Below are positions 62,919-64,000 of a stretch of 64,000 nt of DNA, in pieces. The notes under the pieces are model-generated. The model did not search any database, was not told the DNA's origin, and saw only the letters and a program-made list of their open reading frames with translations. Within the stretch, counting starts at the first letter, position 1; the number at the start of each line of letters is the position of its first letter. The position numbers and the translations under genes are program-made. Origin of the DNA: Phycisphaerae bacterium (GTDB lineage Bacteria; Planctomycetota; Phycisphaerae; Sedimentisphaerales; UBA12454); assembly GCA_041661665.1 (NCBI GenBank), contig JBAZTW010000006.1, forward strand, positions 3,711-67,710, in the 5' to 3' direction.

Positions 62919-63902
62919 TTAAAAAATGGCGGAAATGAGAATTCGGGTAACGACGATTATGTCTAAAAAGACGGCGGCGTATAAGATAAGAACCCTCAAA
63001 AACCGCAGGGAAAGGCCTGCGCGGGCAATAAAGAAGATTAGCAGCACGGCAGCGACGGAAACACCCGACAGGGAATTTGAAAGCGATAAATCCGTCCCTT
63101 TTGCGAGCATAGCGGTCAGGGCGGCCTGCAAAATTAAAACGGCAGGTGCAAGCAGGAGCCAGAGGCTGTCGGCTTTGCCTGACAGGATAAGAGCCTCGAG
63201 GCCTGATGCGATTGCAACCGAGCAAATCAGGACGGGGAAACTTAGCCAGAGGACGGGCGGGATATTGAGAATCGGTTTATAAAGGCAGAGGAAAATCGCG
63301 ACTGCGGAGAGGATGGCAATCCAATACCTGCGGGTTTTACAGAACAGTACCGCACCAACGGCAACAGCACCGAGCGGAGCATGGTAAAAACCAACTGAAA
63401 AAGAATCGGCAGAGATGCCGGCGGGATTTAAAATGGCGATAAAATTTTGGGCTGAAACGGCAGAGCCTGTGGGAATCGGGAACAGATAAAAATGGGCGGC
63501 GCCGGCAAAACAGCCTATAAAAAACAAGAACGGCAGCAGGGAAAGACAAGCGGAAATAAAGCCTGTTGTCTTTTCACCTGTAGTCAGATATTTATGGATG
63601 AACGCCGCGGGCAGGAAAGACCAGGGCAAAAAAGCATACACCAGAGAAGCGAACGGATGGAAGCAGAGAAACGAGCAGGCGAAAGAGCCGAAACCGTAGA
63701 CGGCGCCGCCGGCCAGACCCGCGAAAAATGAAGCTGCGTATCTTCTGCTGAGAACGAAAACGCCGAGCGAGGCGATTACGGGAAAGGCATAGAATATGTT
63801 TTCATAGCCCGTGAGTTTGTCCTTATGCGGCAGGAGCAGCCAGACGGCAAAAACGCCGTAAAGCAGAAAAGCGGAAATAAATGATAAAATCCTTTTATTC
63901 AT
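62919..63902 (-). CDS. Polytopic membrane protein of unknown function
   Basis: 327 aa with about 10 hydrophobic helices and no recognisable motif. Confidence 0.6.
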   Translation of the reverse strand: MNKRILSFISAFLLYGVFAVWLLLPHKDKLTGYENIFYAFPVIASLGVFVLSRRYAASFFAGLAGGAVYGFGSFACSFLCFHPFASLVYAFLPWSFLPAAFIHKYLTTGEKTTGFISACLSLLPFLFFIGCFAGAAHFYLFPIPTGSAVSAQNFIAILNPAGISADSFSVGFYHAPLGAVAVGAVLFCKTRRYWIAILSAVAIFLCLYKPILNIPPVLWLSFPVLICSVAIASGLEALILSGKADSLWLLLAPAVLILQAALTAMLAKGTDLSLSNSLSGVSVAAVLLIFFIARAGLSLRFLRVLILYAAVFLDIIVVTRILISAIF

Positions 63903-64000
63903 TGTTTAATTGACCCTGCCAAAGTATTGGCAGGGCTAACTATTATTTTAAAACAACCTTGCCGGAGCCTTTTTTGATAGTGCCGAGGTTATAAACTGTT

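Noticed and set aside
63943-64000. Possible 3' end of another minus-strand gene at the right edge (…TVYNLGTIKKGSGKVVLK-stop)
   Set aside because: Only 19 codons are visible. That is too little to distinguish a real gene end from chance, so it is not reported as a feature.

Overview
This is a 64-kb chromosomal window of mostly housekeeping genes, about 80 percent coding. Gene content, weak Shine-Dalgarno usage and the intergenic repeats suggest a Planctomycetota/PVC-type bacterium, but that is inference only because no database search was possible. Recognisable genes, left to right:
- a partial PAS sensor, a radical-SAM/HhH protein, rpsU, a BFN nuclease, valS, a histidine kinase with a CheY-type regulator, and holA
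- an IS4-type transposase remnant, lspA, a TPR lipoprotein and proS
- a PadR regulator with a linked membrane protein, tRNA-Thr(UGU), a beta-CASP MBL hydrolase, and DUF190-crcB
- a TPP-riboswitch-controlled thiF-thiS-thiG-thiH operon
- a seven-gene ArsR operon (arsR, ArsP-like permease, ACR3, three thioredoxin-fold proteins, CcdA)
- accB-accC, an NqrF-like oxidoreductase, and an ECF sigma / anti-sigma / Spy-like trio
- a DUF45 peptidase, an FGE-domain PEP-CTERM protein, a rhomboid-TPR fusion, an M24 peptidase, a YkgJ protein and topA
- rdgB, a GxxExxY protein, argF-argD-argB, ftsY, dnaA and comF
- trpE-G-D-F-B-A, a GT4/GH57/debranching-enzyme glycogen cluster, a small histone-fold protein, two hypothetical proteins, an RNase-Z-like MBL protein and a polytopic membrane protein.

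Observations most worth a second look:
1. A complete Trp-codon leader-peptide attenuator lies upstream of trpE, and a 13-bp long-range helix masks the trpB start.
2. A 69-aa histone-fold gene has a Lys/Ala tail.
3. The GxxExxY nuclease-fold gene is exactly bracketed by inverted copies of a CACAGAG-type repeat that also occurs as solo copies across the window.
4. Intergenic regions carry a modular repeat system whose hairpin stems covary, with short tandem words that run into the stop codons of neighbouring genes.
5. The ArsR operon joins arsenic efflux to a CcdA/thioredoxin reducing pathway.

No CRISPR array, rRNA gene or intact mobile element was seen.
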